Shown here in pieces: positions 51,301 through 64,000 of a stretch of 64,000 nt of DNA. The position numbers and the translations under genes were made by a program. Origin of the DNA: Gnetum montanum (lineage: Eukaryota > Plantae > Gnetophyta); contig MNCI01001065.1 in assembly GCA_015680685.1 (NCBI GenBank), positions 202,029 through 266,028 on the forward strand, read 5' to 3'. Each line of letters begins with the position of its first letter. Position 1 is the stretch's first letter. The notes beneath the pieces were generated by a model, which saw nothing but the letters and a program-made list of their open reading frames with translations, ran no database searches and was not told the DNA's origin.

Positions 51301-52589
51301 TCACTTTCTCTCTGTCCCTGTTTCTCTCTCGTGTTTTTGTTTGCTTCTAAATACAAGGAACTTCAAAGTCAAGTCAGGTGACGTCTTCTTTTCTCGTCAT
51401 CTCCCTGGATCTTGATGCATTGCATGGTATGTGACAAACCCTAGGCTTAACAACTTCCATTGTTGTCACTTGCTGTTACTGTGGTCTTGAATGGCCCTGA
51501 CACCACCGCAGTGGCTACTTGGCTGCTACTTGGCTATGTGCTATTTATGGCCTTTTCGAAGGGCCTCCACTGCCTTCATGAGGTCATCAATCATTCACAC
51601 ATTCACATTCACCTTACCTCGTTGAACCCTACGGATTATGGGAAGCCTTGCAAGTTTCATCTGCGTCTCCGCCGCCACCACCACACTAGACACAAAGTTC
51701 AAGTGTGTTTAGGCACTCTTCACAACATTTGTGAGCATTCTAACGTTCATCCACTCGTCCATTAGTTGGTAATATTATTTTTACTAGTAAATGACAATCC
51801 CCAATTAGACTCAATTGTTTGATTATGCATACATTTCATTAATAGCAACTTGTAAATATGGATAATACTTAGCATTAATTACTACTAATTTTGTCAATGA
51901 GAGTTTGTTCAAGTGATTAGTTCATTATCATCAACTTGCTATCTTTACCATAGGCCAACTCGTTATGGTATATAGATAAATTAACAATAATTTTCTATGA
52001 TCACTTCTCAACTTAAAGTTGTGGTCAACAATGTATATTTTCATTGTGCCTCTAGAAGACACATGTCTAAGCATAGTTTCTTAGAATCAAATTTTTGATT
52101 TGCACTATCATAAGCTACATGATTTACTTAAGTGAGTTATATCTCACTAACAATGACTATCCAAAGCACAAGACACAAGTATAAAATGGATCAAACATGC
52201 TTAATGCGATCGAATTTTACATATAGCTACAAAAATTTAGAAGTAAATTCTAGAAAAAATGATAAATAACTTAAACTTAAAATATAATGATGTTGCAAGT
52301 GTGACTCAAAGTTAAAACTTCTTTACTTTAAATCCTTGTTAGACAATCGTTAACCGCTTTAGCCATTCCTCATTGGAAAAATTAAGAAACATCACTGTCG
52401 TTATTTAGTTACATCACAATAAATAATGACACTAAAGAAACTTAACGAAGAAGAAATTCTTACACTTTAAATCAAAATTAAGTACCTTCAAATTATCAAA
52501 TAATAAATAATAATGATCAAAGTAATTTAACAAAATATTACTAAATTATTACAAGCCTCATCAATCTCATAAATAAAAGGATCATCACT

Positions 52590-52725
52590 CAAATCCACAG
52601 TGCTCATCCTACTAAACGAAGTCTCGAGAGGGTTGGTATATAAGTGAAAACCTAACCTCTTTGAGTTGCTACATCCAAGCTCGAACCCAAGTCTTTGACT
52701 TGAGAAACAAGCACCTTACCAACTC
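52590..52725 (-). mobile_element. Au-like tRNA-derived SINE, second copy
   Basis: Minus strand ggttggtaaggtgcttgtttctcaagtcaaagacttgggttcgagc contains A/B-box-like motifs; homologous to 48165-48330. Confidence 0.55.
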
Positions 52726-55494
52726 ATAAATATAACACTAAATATGCAATTTGTAATTAATTTGCTCATCACAACTACATAGAATCCTAGTCTTGTAACA
52801 TGAACATTGCAATGGAAAACTTGAAATTATGTAAGAAAGACCTAAATTAGTTTAAAATGTTCAATACTTGATGGAAAATAATGAATCATAACATTGTGGG
52901 TAGCCAAGGGAGAAGACCTAATAAATTGAGTATTTAAAACTTAACAACCTATTTTTACCTAACTATTATTTGCAACCTTTTAATTTGTAAAAATATCACT
53001 TTTAAATGTTGTCAAAAATTTCATATCAAATAATTTTATTTCAAAAATATTGAAACAAAGTTTGAACCCAATACTTCCTTTGTATTAACCTACTAGGCTT
53101 ATTACTATTACATATAGCTACATCAAATCCAAAATCACTATTAATGATTTTCAATGTTTTTTTTAAGTTCTATCATGACTAAAACACTTTTGGAAGAATC
53201 TTAATATGCAAACCCCAAGTTACAAGTTCAATTTCAATGATAATGCTAAGTTACTAATAAAACTTTGTAAAATAAATTCTAAAACTAATATGATATCATC
53301 ATTATCCTAGCATTGTCCCAACTAATATGGTATATGATAAAGTCAAAAAATGTTGTTTTACTAGCAATGCATTAATGCAAATGTATTAATGTAACCCAAA
53401 ATTTCTGCTTATAAATACATAAGTCGAATAGTTGAAATCATTAGGTTTTAATTCATAATAACAAAATTGTTACAATTTGTTTTCGTAGTAAAAAGCAATT
53501 AGCAAGTGCTCCCATTATGTATATAAATTAGTTATATAGAGTCTTTATTAAAGTAGTTGTGCATAGTTGTATGCATAAATGAAAATGTAGATTGAGATTA
53601 ATTTCTTCATATTAAAATAATTTATCTTAGCATAGATTTTTTTATAATTTTTTCTTGCAATTAAATGATTAATTTTATAATGTTACATTTACATTTCCAT
53701 GGCTTTCTTAATGGAAAAATAAGCACATTGAGACCTTAAGTATTAAGCATGATTAACTTGGTAATTCCAATAGTTAATCAACTTCTTATGTCAAGCAATA
53801 GACTAGGTTAATAGTGTTGTGGTAAAGATTATTGTAATTTGAGATCCAACACAACCTAATGCAAAACTAAGCTAAGCAATCCTGTGGTCACCACATGGTC
53901 TACATAAAATAATTTCCTCACATTGAAAAGGGACTTGTAGATCATTGAAAAATCTAACAATTTGAGGTAGCATTTTTGTCAAACACTAGCGAGTATGAAG
54001 CAAATAATAGCAATGTGCATGTAATAGCTAATAAAACAAGAATAAATAAAAAACATGTCCATAATATGATACAAAATAAAATAAAATGTGCATGTGATTG
54101 ATAGAGAAACAATGGAATAGATTGTAAAAGAAAAGCAAATTGGATTCATTAAAAGCCACACCCTTAAAATAAAAGAAAATGCTTAAAATTGAAACAGACA
54201 AATTAAAATGTTAGAAAATGAACCTAGGAATTTGGTATAAGGATCATGAGAAATGAATGAGGGATCGGGGATGTTCAACAAGGAGTTGTGTTACCCCTTT
54301 CTCTCTCTAATGCATGTGCCTAATGTAAATTTGATAAGAACGCTGCAAATTCTAAAACTGACAAGGAAAGATTGGACCAAATCGATGCATCAGTTTAGAT
54401 CCAAAGGGATCTCTGCATGTTAGAAGTACAACATGAAGGGGATATAAATGTATCAGTGATGAGAAAAGAGAGAATCAAAAAAGAATTGATAATCTCTAAG
54501 AGAATAATAGTTGTTCTGTAGAGAGGTAGAGCCTTTGAAAAACTTTTCAAAATACTTATATGCAAGCAAACAACCAATTGTGCTTGGTAGTAAGAATGGT
54601 TGAGAAGATGTCAATCCCTTTCTATTTAGGGGCATCCTCCTATTATATATTGAAAATGCCTCATACATTGCATAGAAACGATACATTAGGGCCTATAGAA
54701 ACTTCTAGAAAGTTCTAGATATGAGAAATGGCATGTAGATAGCTCATATTAAAAATGATGTTAAACATCCAAAGTATGATTGACGTAGGACATCAAAGAA
54801 CAACAATAGTGTTGCATGCTAAAAAGCAAATTTCATAAAAAATCTAATGTCATGATCAATGCAAGAGATAATGCTTGATGTTGAAATTAAAGACTATAGA
54901 TAGGCAATAAAAAATGATGCTGCAAATGATGTGAAACATCACTTCTGGTAAATGTTAAAGATGGAGACCAAAAACTATATTTCAAATAACGCAAGGCATC
55001 AAATTTGGACTGAAGATGGTTTTGAATTGAGAAGCCATAGAATGTACTTGAAACTCTAACTTATACTAAAAAAAAGCCAAATGGATACAACAAATAGTCT
55101 AGTAGTCACTTTGTAAATTACCATGATGGAAGGTTAATGAAACATGCACTTATTACCATGGGCTAGATTAGAATTTATTTCTATTTTTAGTAAATTACTA
55201 ATTCTAGTTAATTTTCTATTTTTAGTATATTTCTATATTTAGTAATAATGGCCAAGGCAACATCAGTGATTATACATCATCCTTACACTTAATCATAGGA
55301 TACAAGGCTACAATAATTGTAATAAGAGGGTGTTGGAACCTGAAATAACTGAAACATAGACACACCTCAAAATACAACTTTTTTAGCCTAGCATTGCCCA
55401 TAGGAATTGAACCCATGACTTGGAGCTTCCAAATCAAGTGTTTTACCGCTATGTTTAAATCTTATACTTAAATCTGATACTTGCTTGTCTTCAC

Positions 55495-56745
55495 TAAGAT
55501 CCAAGTCTCCAAAAGGTGGTTTGAGATGTGTTTGTTTATTGAAGAAATTCTTAAAAGCTTCGTGCTTTTTTCATTAGGAACAATTGTAGGGTCCTTGCCC
55601 CACTCATACAATAGCCTATATGTTTGGGATTTTCTTTTTTCGATTTGCCAAAATATGATAACCTTATTTTTTTATTTACCAAAACATGACAACCCTATTT
55701 TTTTATTTGCCAAAACATGATAACCCTATTTTTTTTTTATTTTTTTTTTGGGCAACTTAGGGCCCTCCTCTTTTATTTATTCTTGATACATACTACTCAT
55801 TCTTCACTCTACAACATTACATATGAGGGGTGAAACTCCCTGAAACCATGTTGTGTTGTTGCAATGAATAAAGTCAATTTTTAACTTTTTTCTTAACTGC
55901 TTCTCTACTTAATATAGAATTTATAGTTTTATTCCTACACCTCTCGTATTTTCTTTGTTACCACTTTTTGATCTTTCTTAAATGCATGAGATCTTTTAAT
56001 AAATCTAAAATTTTTTATTTTTCTTCATTGTCTAGAAAGATGAATCTTGTTATTCTAGATGTTTTTTCCAATCCTCCATTTTTCTAGCTACCTCCTATTT
56101 TTCAGTAAGAGACAACTGCGTATTCTTTTAGAAAATGGTCTCAATGCTAGATTCAATAGATCACTACATGAATCTACTCATAGATTAGTATCATGTTCAC
56201 TGCCCATCTCTTGTACACTCGCTTAGCATACTAAAAGAATCCTTTGATGCTTCTTCCAATTGACCACTTCTCAAATTATTGCTACAACATCATGGCATTC
56301 ACAGTAGGAAATAGGTCTCTCTCATCTACAAATTGGGTTTCAACCAAATCCTTGAATGTGAGGATTTTTTTGAATTCTATACTCGTTGAGCTTTGCTAAG
56401 AAGATCCAAGTCCCCAAAATGTCATCCCAAATACATTCACTTGTTGAAGAAATCTTTTAAAGCTTTGTGCTTATTTTGTTAGGAACAATTGCAGGGGTCC
56501 TTGCCCCACACCACAATCGCTTGTATATTTAGGGGTTTCTTTTTTCATTTGCCAAAATACGACAACCCTTTTTTAAATTTCTTAAATCATGAAAACACTA
56601 ATTTTTTTTATTTACAAAAACATGATCACCTTATTTTTTATTTGCCAAAACATAACCTTATTTTTTGATTGCTAAAACATGACAACCCTATTTTTTATAT
56701 TTACCAAAACATGATACTTTTTTTTTCCCAAGTTTGGGCCCTCCT
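55495..56745 (+). repeat. Pair of diverged direct repeats (~55495-55770 and ~56396-56745) with internal ~29-bp tandem units
   Basis: Both start aagatccaagtc.ccaaaa, contain ttaggaacaattg.ag..gtccttgccccac and tttgccaaaacatgacaaccctatttttt units, and end gggccctcct. Confidence 0.75.
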
Positions 56746-57434
56746 ATAATATCCATATTAAATTATCTCTAAAATCAAAACGTAAAACAGAATCATTTGC
56801 ATCCATATTGGTTGAGTTGTCAATAGGCTGTGAGTCAATGTTAATATTGGAGGATTCCATTATTTTACGTTTTTTTCCTCCAACATCAACATCAGAGCAA
56901 GAAGAAAAAGCGGATTAGGTCATGCAGACCCGTTGAGCCTAAACCTAGCCAATTCAGACAAGCAAAAAGAAAAAATGAAAAAACCAAATAGAACACAATG
57001 GAACAAATGCACCGGGGATAATTTTAGGCAACGCACGCGTGATGATCGCAACCAGTTTTGGAGTCCTTCAACGTGCCTCGCCGGAGCAATGCATGTCGTT
57101 TTCAGAAACTCTAATCCGGAACGATCGAATTCTCCCCTGATCTGATCTGCAATGCCACACGTCGAAGCAGATACTCATTACTAGGAATGCAATCTGCAGA
57201 GATAAACATCGGCGATCACGAACAGGAATCCTCCGGGTCCGCCACAATTCTGCGCGTCTATGTCTCAGTTAGGGTTTTGGAATAACAGAAAACAACAAAT
57301 CACAACGTGGCCGCATGATCGTGTCTCGACGGTCGCACTTAAAACTTCGCGCTGCACTGGGAAGTGATATCAGCCGCGCCTGACACAGACACAGAAACAC
57401 GAACAGCAACCGTGACACAGACACAGAAACATGA

Positions 57435-58240
57435 ACAACATCTCTAAAGCCAAATCTTGGTTTCATGCGCAAGCTTTTCAATTCTCCACTCTAAATAGAC
57501 GTTGGAGTTTACATCTTGAGGATCACCAATGGAAAACTATTTTTCATCAGATTTGGACTTCCAAGGCCCAACCTAAGCATTGTTTCTTGTTTTGGTCCTT
57601 GGTTCATCAAGGTCTTCCCATCGGACATAGGCTTCATTTGTAGGAATTGATCATCCTAAATGCCCCATTTGTAAAGCGGATGATTCTTTTCAACACGTCT
57701 TTTGGGATTGCTCATTCTCTCAATACATTTGGAAATGGTGTCAATCTCTCCAAGTCTTCCTTCCTAATCATTCTATTTGTTTTCCTCAATGTATCCTTCA
57801 AGATGATTGTGTTAAGCGTCACCTTCAAAAAGCCTGGAAAATCCTCCTATTTGAGATTATCTTCTTTATTTGGAAATGTCGTCTAGATGCTTGGTATCAA
57901 AATACAAACTACAATGAATTTGACTATGGTGTGAAATGCTCTATTGCTAGTAATGTTCGTGAACTAGGCTTTCTCAATAATATTACCTTTTCCAACTGAA
58001 TTCTCTTTGAATTAGGTGTATTGATCTCCTTCTTCAGCTGTCGTCCCAGGGGGGTGCGATAAGCTTTTGTCTTGTTGCAGGTTGACTGGGGGGTCATCTT
58101 GCAACATTGGGCGCTGTTAAGGTTTTGGATTTAATTTTTCTTCTCCAGCTAGCACATCACCTTAACAACCCCCCACAAGCATTTGGATTTAACCTTGATT
58201 TCTGACCTTGAAAGGAAGCCATAAATAGATAAAAATTATA
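57435..58240 (+). mobile_element. 5'-truncated L1/Tx1-like LINE end (zf-RVT domain plus probable 3' UTR)
   Basis: WKTIFHQIWTSKAQPKHCFLFWSLVHQGLPIGHRL, then (other frame) GIDHPKCPICKADDSFQHVFWDCSFSQYIWKW...AWKILLFEIIFFIWKCR. Confidence 0.8.
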
Positions 58241-60057
58241 AATTAGGGGCATAAATACATTAAAATAATACAGTGTAGCAAAATTTCATATAACTTGCAT
58301 ACATAATTAAATAAAATTTATTTTAAGAAAAATTAGAGACTTGCCCAGCCACAAAAAGATAGATGTCAAAAAATCCCGCTAGGTAAATCATAAAATAGTA
58401 TGTAAATAATGGTCCCAACAACATTTATTTGACCTTAATTAAACATCTAGAAATAGAGATATTTATAATTAAAATTTGAGAAATTACTTAATAAAATTAA
58501 AAATAATAATTAAATAAAATATTAATATATAATAAATAATATTATAACATGCATCAAAATGAAAAATGTTCATTGCAATCTCATGGTCCAAATAGCATAG
58601 ATTGCAAATTCATATATATCATTCTTTATTATTTTTTCACAAAAATAAATATATGGCTCAAATATCCAAAAGGTGTACAAGGCTTCTATTTTATAAAAGT
58701 ACAAAATATATTTTTTACGTGTAGAAGGTCCATGGTATATACCATTGATCCATATTTTGTTCTGTTTCACTCTTCTAGAGTTTTCATAGCTCCTATAGGC
58801 TCTTTGCAATGAAATGCAAGAGGAGTCAAAACCCTTCAAATAAGAAAGGTTATTATATTTCATTCTCCATGGAGCATAAAGGTTCTAGGCTAAAAGTCTT
58901 AGGTTACAAGTTAGACAAATGTTTCCAATAAAATATTCAAAAATGTTTCAAGGTCCAAAAGTGCTACAAATTTTCCAAAAATTCAAAAGAAATCCAAACA
59001 TCCAAAAGAAATTCAAAAATCCAAAAGAAATCAAAATATCCAAAGAATGTATATTTTATCTAGGCATCTTTGAAGGCTAGGTCTTGGTTATCCTCACTGC
59101 TAACAAGAACCTCACTACTATCATCATATTATCGTTTAAATTATTTTAATGTTCAAAAATATCATAAATTTGTGCAATGAAAATTCAAAGAATGTATCTT
59201 TTAACTTGGCATCTTTGAAGGCTAGGTCTTGATGACCCTCACTGCCAAAAGAATATATTGATAACTCTCAGAATAACCTCACTACTATTATCAGATTATC
59301 CTTGTGATCCTAAACAAGTCACTCATGGCAGAGCCTTGGAAATAGCCTCACTACTAACATCCTTAACGGTTGAGGCACACATATCATCAGAAGTATAGAT
59401 GTAGTGATGAAAAAATTTGGTGCTGGAGGATCAAAAATTTTCATGCAGAATAGTTTAGTTCATAGATCTGCGAGTCTCAAGGATCTACGAGCACCTCAAA
59501 TGTTCTTGTCAATTGCTTCAGGACTTGGAGATATGTTACTAGATTGAAAATAGTGAAAATGGATAATAAAATGCGTAACAAGCAAAGCTGACATTGAAAT
59601 AAAATTGCAGAAAATAAGCAAGAACATATGTCAGAACACTACAAAATCTTTATTAATTCATGAAAAGTTAGAGGTTTAGAGAGTACAATATATGGAACTA
59701 CAGTTGTTTCACTGTTTCTTCCAAAATAGTGATGAAAGTATGGTGTATGGGTGGGTAGTGTGCATCCTACAATCCTGCCAAATGTGCCTAGTTTACCTAT
59801 TTTATCTGCAATTGGTTCTTAGTGCCTTGACTCTTAGATTTCTCTACTCTCGAAAGTCAACTTTGGTGAATTGCAAAATGACCTAAAAGACCTTAAATGA
59901 AGTGAATTTTGATTTAAATAGGCTATGGAGGTCTTGATTTGTTGTTGGTTAATTCTACCATGATTGCTGCCAAATTTTTGACAAACTTTGCAATTATTGT
60001 AGGCATCTCTTTTAGTGTGTGAGTAGTCATAACATGGTTTTCACCTTCACATGCTAC

Positions 60058-60350
60058 TTAGCGTATGGGACTAGGGTTTTTAGTGTGTGAAATCAAAGCC
60101 GAAATCCCACATGTTGGTTCCTCAAATTGCATAGTGTGTGGAATTGTAATGCATAGCATGTGAAGTGCAAATGCTAATTTTTGTAGCTTGTGGAGCATTT
60201 TAAACTCCCATAAGATAGAATACATGGAATTTGTAGCTTGTGGAGCATTTTTTTTTGGCTTCCACATGTTGGAATCTAAGGCATTTATAGCTTGTGGAGC
60301 ATTTTTAACCCTCATAAGCTAAAATACATGAGATCTGTAGCATGTGGGTT
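60058..60350. repeat. Degenerate tandem repeats (tagcttgtggagcatttt units), related to 62645-63000
   Basis: tagcttgtggagcatttt recurs three times at ~52-56 bp spacing; gcatgtgg/ccacatg motifs. Confidence 0.65.
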
Positions 60351-62529
60351 GCACATCTCAATTTTTACATTTAAAACTAACTTAAATTCCATCAATACAA
60401 GGCCATAATGTTAGATTTTTGTGGAAAACAAAGCAATTGTTTTTGCCTTTATATTTCCACCAAATTACAAGTAGAATTTTGGCTATGGGCTTTTACACTA
60501 TAACATGAATCTTCCTTGAGGTGTTTCATTGATCCTTCTTTATTGATGTTTTGAGGACTAATGCAAGAGACATCAATCAAGAATGTGAAACACCACCACG
60601 GGTTCATCACCAATGCTTCCCCTCCACATTTGATTTTGTAGCTGTCGAACCATGCCAAGGAGTGCTCACAATGGTGAAATAAGGTCATGATGGAGTGTTA
60701 TGAATTTAATATGAGATAAAGGCTATATCAATTATCAGGGAATAGTCACATTTATTAAGAAAGAATTCCAAATGTTGACATCATGTTCATAGTATGATGG
60801 TAACATGCTTGCTGATTGAAGAGATCTTCATGCTTTGTGCTTGAACTACTGGTTGCTCGATAATGTGTTAAAGGAACCAAAACTCCACTCTTGGGCTTCT
60901 TTGGCCATTAGGCTCCTTCCTTTGTTTGTTTGGAGCCATTGATTTGACTTTAGGCTTCCTTGGCCTCTTAGCTTTCTTGGCAATTTGCTTCCTTCCCCAC
61001 CCTCCCTACCCCCCGCCCCCCTTGGGTCCTTTTTGAGATGTGAAATCTTCATTGGGTTTCATTACCGAAGTCAAATTTTATTTTATTTTTTCTCATTGAA
61101 TGAGATGTATGACACTCAATGAAATTCGTAGTGGAGTATGGCAAAGGAGATGTTACGTGGCCATAGTGCATGAATGTCAAACATAGGTCTCATTGTCATT
61201 AGGGTAACAGAGGCTATAATTTGGCTACATGATTATGGCTCAAGAGGGGCAACAAAAGTGATGTGAAGCAAGCACTCTTGGCACAATGGAACAAGCTAAT
61301 CAACTCTCATGAATCAAGGGTGTGTGGTAGCTCATTGTTGCAATGAGTTGCATCCTTGTGATGACTCCAAGCTTCATCCTCAAGCACAACTCCAAGAGGA
61401 CAAGAAAACAAGTCAAAGAATACATGTGATTACAATAGGCTACATATAGTTATAAGTAGATAGAGGCCATTATATGTTACAATTGGTGGAACATGAGCAC
61501 TCTGTTTCATGCTTTGTAGATTTATACATAGTTTGTAGTACTTTGTTATGCCAAAAAGGGAGAGATGAGAGGTAATGTAGGCTCACTTGTTGTAGGCCAC
61601 AAGATTTGTTGACACCATTCATCTACCCTAACCTATAAACAAAGGCCAACAATACTAAAAGTAAACATGTTAATATTAGATGTAATTAAGGCCATATGAA
61701 GGTTCTAGTGTTGTCTTGCAGGGTTTTGGTGATGTTTAATCAAGATAGGCTCTACCAAGGAACTTGGTTTCAGAGTTTTCTTCTCATCATCATAGGATTC
61801 AATCGAGGAATCCTATGTGATGTTTTAGGTTTCAAGATTAAGGACAATCAAGCCATTCTAGGTTGCTAAGGCTACATGGTTTAAAGTCTTTTAGGCTCTT
61901 GGTTTAGGGACTGAAGGTCAACTTGGTCAAACAACATTACAAGAAGGGTTTACTTGGGCTCAAAGGCTAGTTGAATTAATTCCTCATCTCCATAACTTAA
62001 CGCTGCATGTCAACATAAGCACATCAAGTGGTATCTACATGATAAAATTGTTAAATAATGCAAAATATTGTAATAATAGAGCAAAATAAGGCCAAATAAA
62101 AACAAAACATAGCAAAACAAGGCTAAACAAGGTAAGGTAGGGTCATTATAAGGCAAATCAAGCTAAAACAAGGTAAAAGCAAAGCAAAAACAAGGTAAAA
62201 TGAAGTAAAAATAAGGTTAAAACAAAATTAAATATGGCAAACAAGGTTAAATAAGAAAAAAATATTAATTAATTAAATTTAGTATATATATTTTTAGTAA
62301 TTTTGTATTTAAGATAGGCAAAAATCCAATAAAACAAGCTATAAATTGTGAAAATTAGGAAAAACAGGCTTTAAATTGTTAAATTCATGGGTTTTCATGG
62401 TCAAACTAGTTTTAGAAAAACCAAAAATTCTTATTTCCTAGCATGTAGAGGCCATGGTCAATTTCAAGTCTAGGTTCAATGTATCTAATCAATTTTCTCA
62501 CCACTTTTCTCACACATAGCATATGGAAA

Positions 62530-62631
62530 GAAAAATAAATAATTCTCTTTGTATTATTTTTATTAATATGTTTTTTAGGAGAAAAATAAATAATTCTCTT
62601 TGTATTATTTTTATTAATATGTTTTTTAGGA
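62530..62631 (+). repeat. Perfect tandem duplication, 51-bp unit x2
   Basis: gaaaaataaataattctctttgtattatttttattaatatgttttttagga occurs twice. Confidence 0.92.
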
Positions 62632-62644
62632 TTTGGGGAAGAAA

Positions 62645-63000
62645 ATTAGTAATTTTTTGCCTCACATGTTACGACACGCTATGTAGCGTGTGGAACTCGA
62701 TTTTTTAGCATGTGAATTAAAATAGTAATTTCTTATGTGCCACATGATGACCCACATGCTATGTATCATATGGAATTTGATTTCCATTATATGGAATCAA
62801 AAATAGAAATTTTTCATGTGTCTATACACTACCCCATATGCCATAGACCAAATGAAATTTGATTTCTAGCATGTAAAATCAAAAATAGTAATTTTTATGT
62901 GTTCATAAGCTAGCCCACACGCTACATAGCATGTGAGACTTGGATTTTTAGCGTGTGGACTAAAATAGCAATTTCTGTGTCACACACTACCACGTGTGAG
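62645..63000 (+). repeat. ~80-bp degenerate tandem array (about 4 units)
   Basis: Recurrent aaaatagtaattt...ccacatgcta..tagcatgtg..gattt.tagc units. Confidence 0.7.
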
Positions 63001-63279
63001 AGTTGGATGGACAAAAAACCGTCATTTTGTTTGGGTGCAACTGCCTAAGCTTGTGGAAACAGAGAAAGAAAGTTGGGAAAGACCGGAAAACTCACATCTG
63101 TTTTTCAGTCAATCTCTACTAAAGAAAAGAGATAACGCACAAGGTAGGAGGAGGTGAGGTGGGGAATCCGATGGTACCAATAGAGGGCATAATGGCAGCG
63201 CCTAGGATACTGCACAATGGGGGTAGCGTGCTACGTTCAGGCAGCAGTTAGGGTGTGAGCATGGGATGCACCCTAAAAA

Positions 63280-64000
63280 GAGAATTTTATTAATTAAATG
63301 AGATTAAGTACATGATCAACATCTGAACATATTGATGGTTAAATAGGGATAAGAACAATGTCAAATGCAGATGTTGAAGGAAAACATCTTGAAACATAAA
63401 CCTTCACATAGTGTGGGAGTACATTCCAAAAAGCAACCTCATGCTAGGAATCACTAAGAACTGCAAGTTAATAAGACCAGGGGAACAATAGAGAGCTAAA
63501 ATGCTCAAAATTATGATGAAACACTTCGATGTAGGTAATCGAGATGGGGAAGAGTGCACGAATTGGTGTATCTACTCCAAGGCTACAAACAATAAAACAA
63601 CTTATTAGTATCCAACTTTAACTTAGAAGTGTGAGATATAATTTGGAAATGCACAAGGCGAAGAATTTGAAATTTTTCCATAATAGTTAAATGGTTAGAG
63701 TTAGACGAATCAGTGTTCTGGAAAGTAGCAATGCATCTACGTTTCCATATATAGTAAAGAACGAGGGGCCTAATAACTTCCCAAAGAAACTGAAGGTCAG
63801 CAGATGGGGTGGCCAAAAAGCCGAACAAGATAACCTCATGGGAAAACTTGCACAAAGGGAAAAATTTAGAAACCCACTCCCATGAAGACTGAGCGAAGGG
63901 GCAATGTCAAAAAACATGGACAAAATCATCAGGACCTCCACATAGAGGGCAATTAGGGTTTGGAATCCCAAGGTACTCACGACGTTTGCCAATAGGTAGG
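63280..64000 (-). mobile_element. L1/Tx1-like LINE 3' end (zf-RVT), runs off the window
   Basis: Minus strand LPIGKRREYLGIPNPNCPLCGGPDDFVHVF*HCPFAQSSWEW...LWEVIRPLVLYYIWKRRC; same type as the 57435 fragment. Left boundary approximate. Confidence 0.8.

Noticed and set aside
53975-55290. Possible old solo LTR
   Set aside because: LTR-like texture only; no second copy, clear termini or TSD found.

Overview
Eukaryotic land-plant DNA from a gapped scaffold; the WOX3 sequence suggests a seed plant, probably a gymnosperm (inference). The first ~35 kb is almost all retrotransposon. An old, degenerate minus-strand Athila-lineage Ty3/gypsy element (7705-29523) carries three nested insertions. Two are copies of a related non-autonomous gag+protease-only family (1-7704, minus; 19084-25843, plus, intact LTRs, GTAGT TSD, tRNA-Asp PBS). 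The third is an internally deleted SIRE/Maximus Ty1/copia element (13658-18645). Decayed L1 and RTE LINEs follow. The only well-supported host gene is a three-exon WOX3/PRS/NARROW SHEATH-type homeobox gene (39577-40431, +, 178 aa). It has a short extra 5' exon, CTG where angiosperm WOX3 proteins have their start Met, and a TLPLFP WUS box. Downstream are two solo LTRs of the same Athila family with their own TSDs 87 bp apart, SINEs, a MITE, LINE 3' fragments, tandem repeats, and CpG-retaining TE-free islands with auxin-response motifs (candidate distal enhancers). I find no demonstrably new biological system. The best leads are the self-nesting pol-less Athila family with palindrome-array LTRs and the atypical architecture and regulatory landscape of the WOX3 gene.
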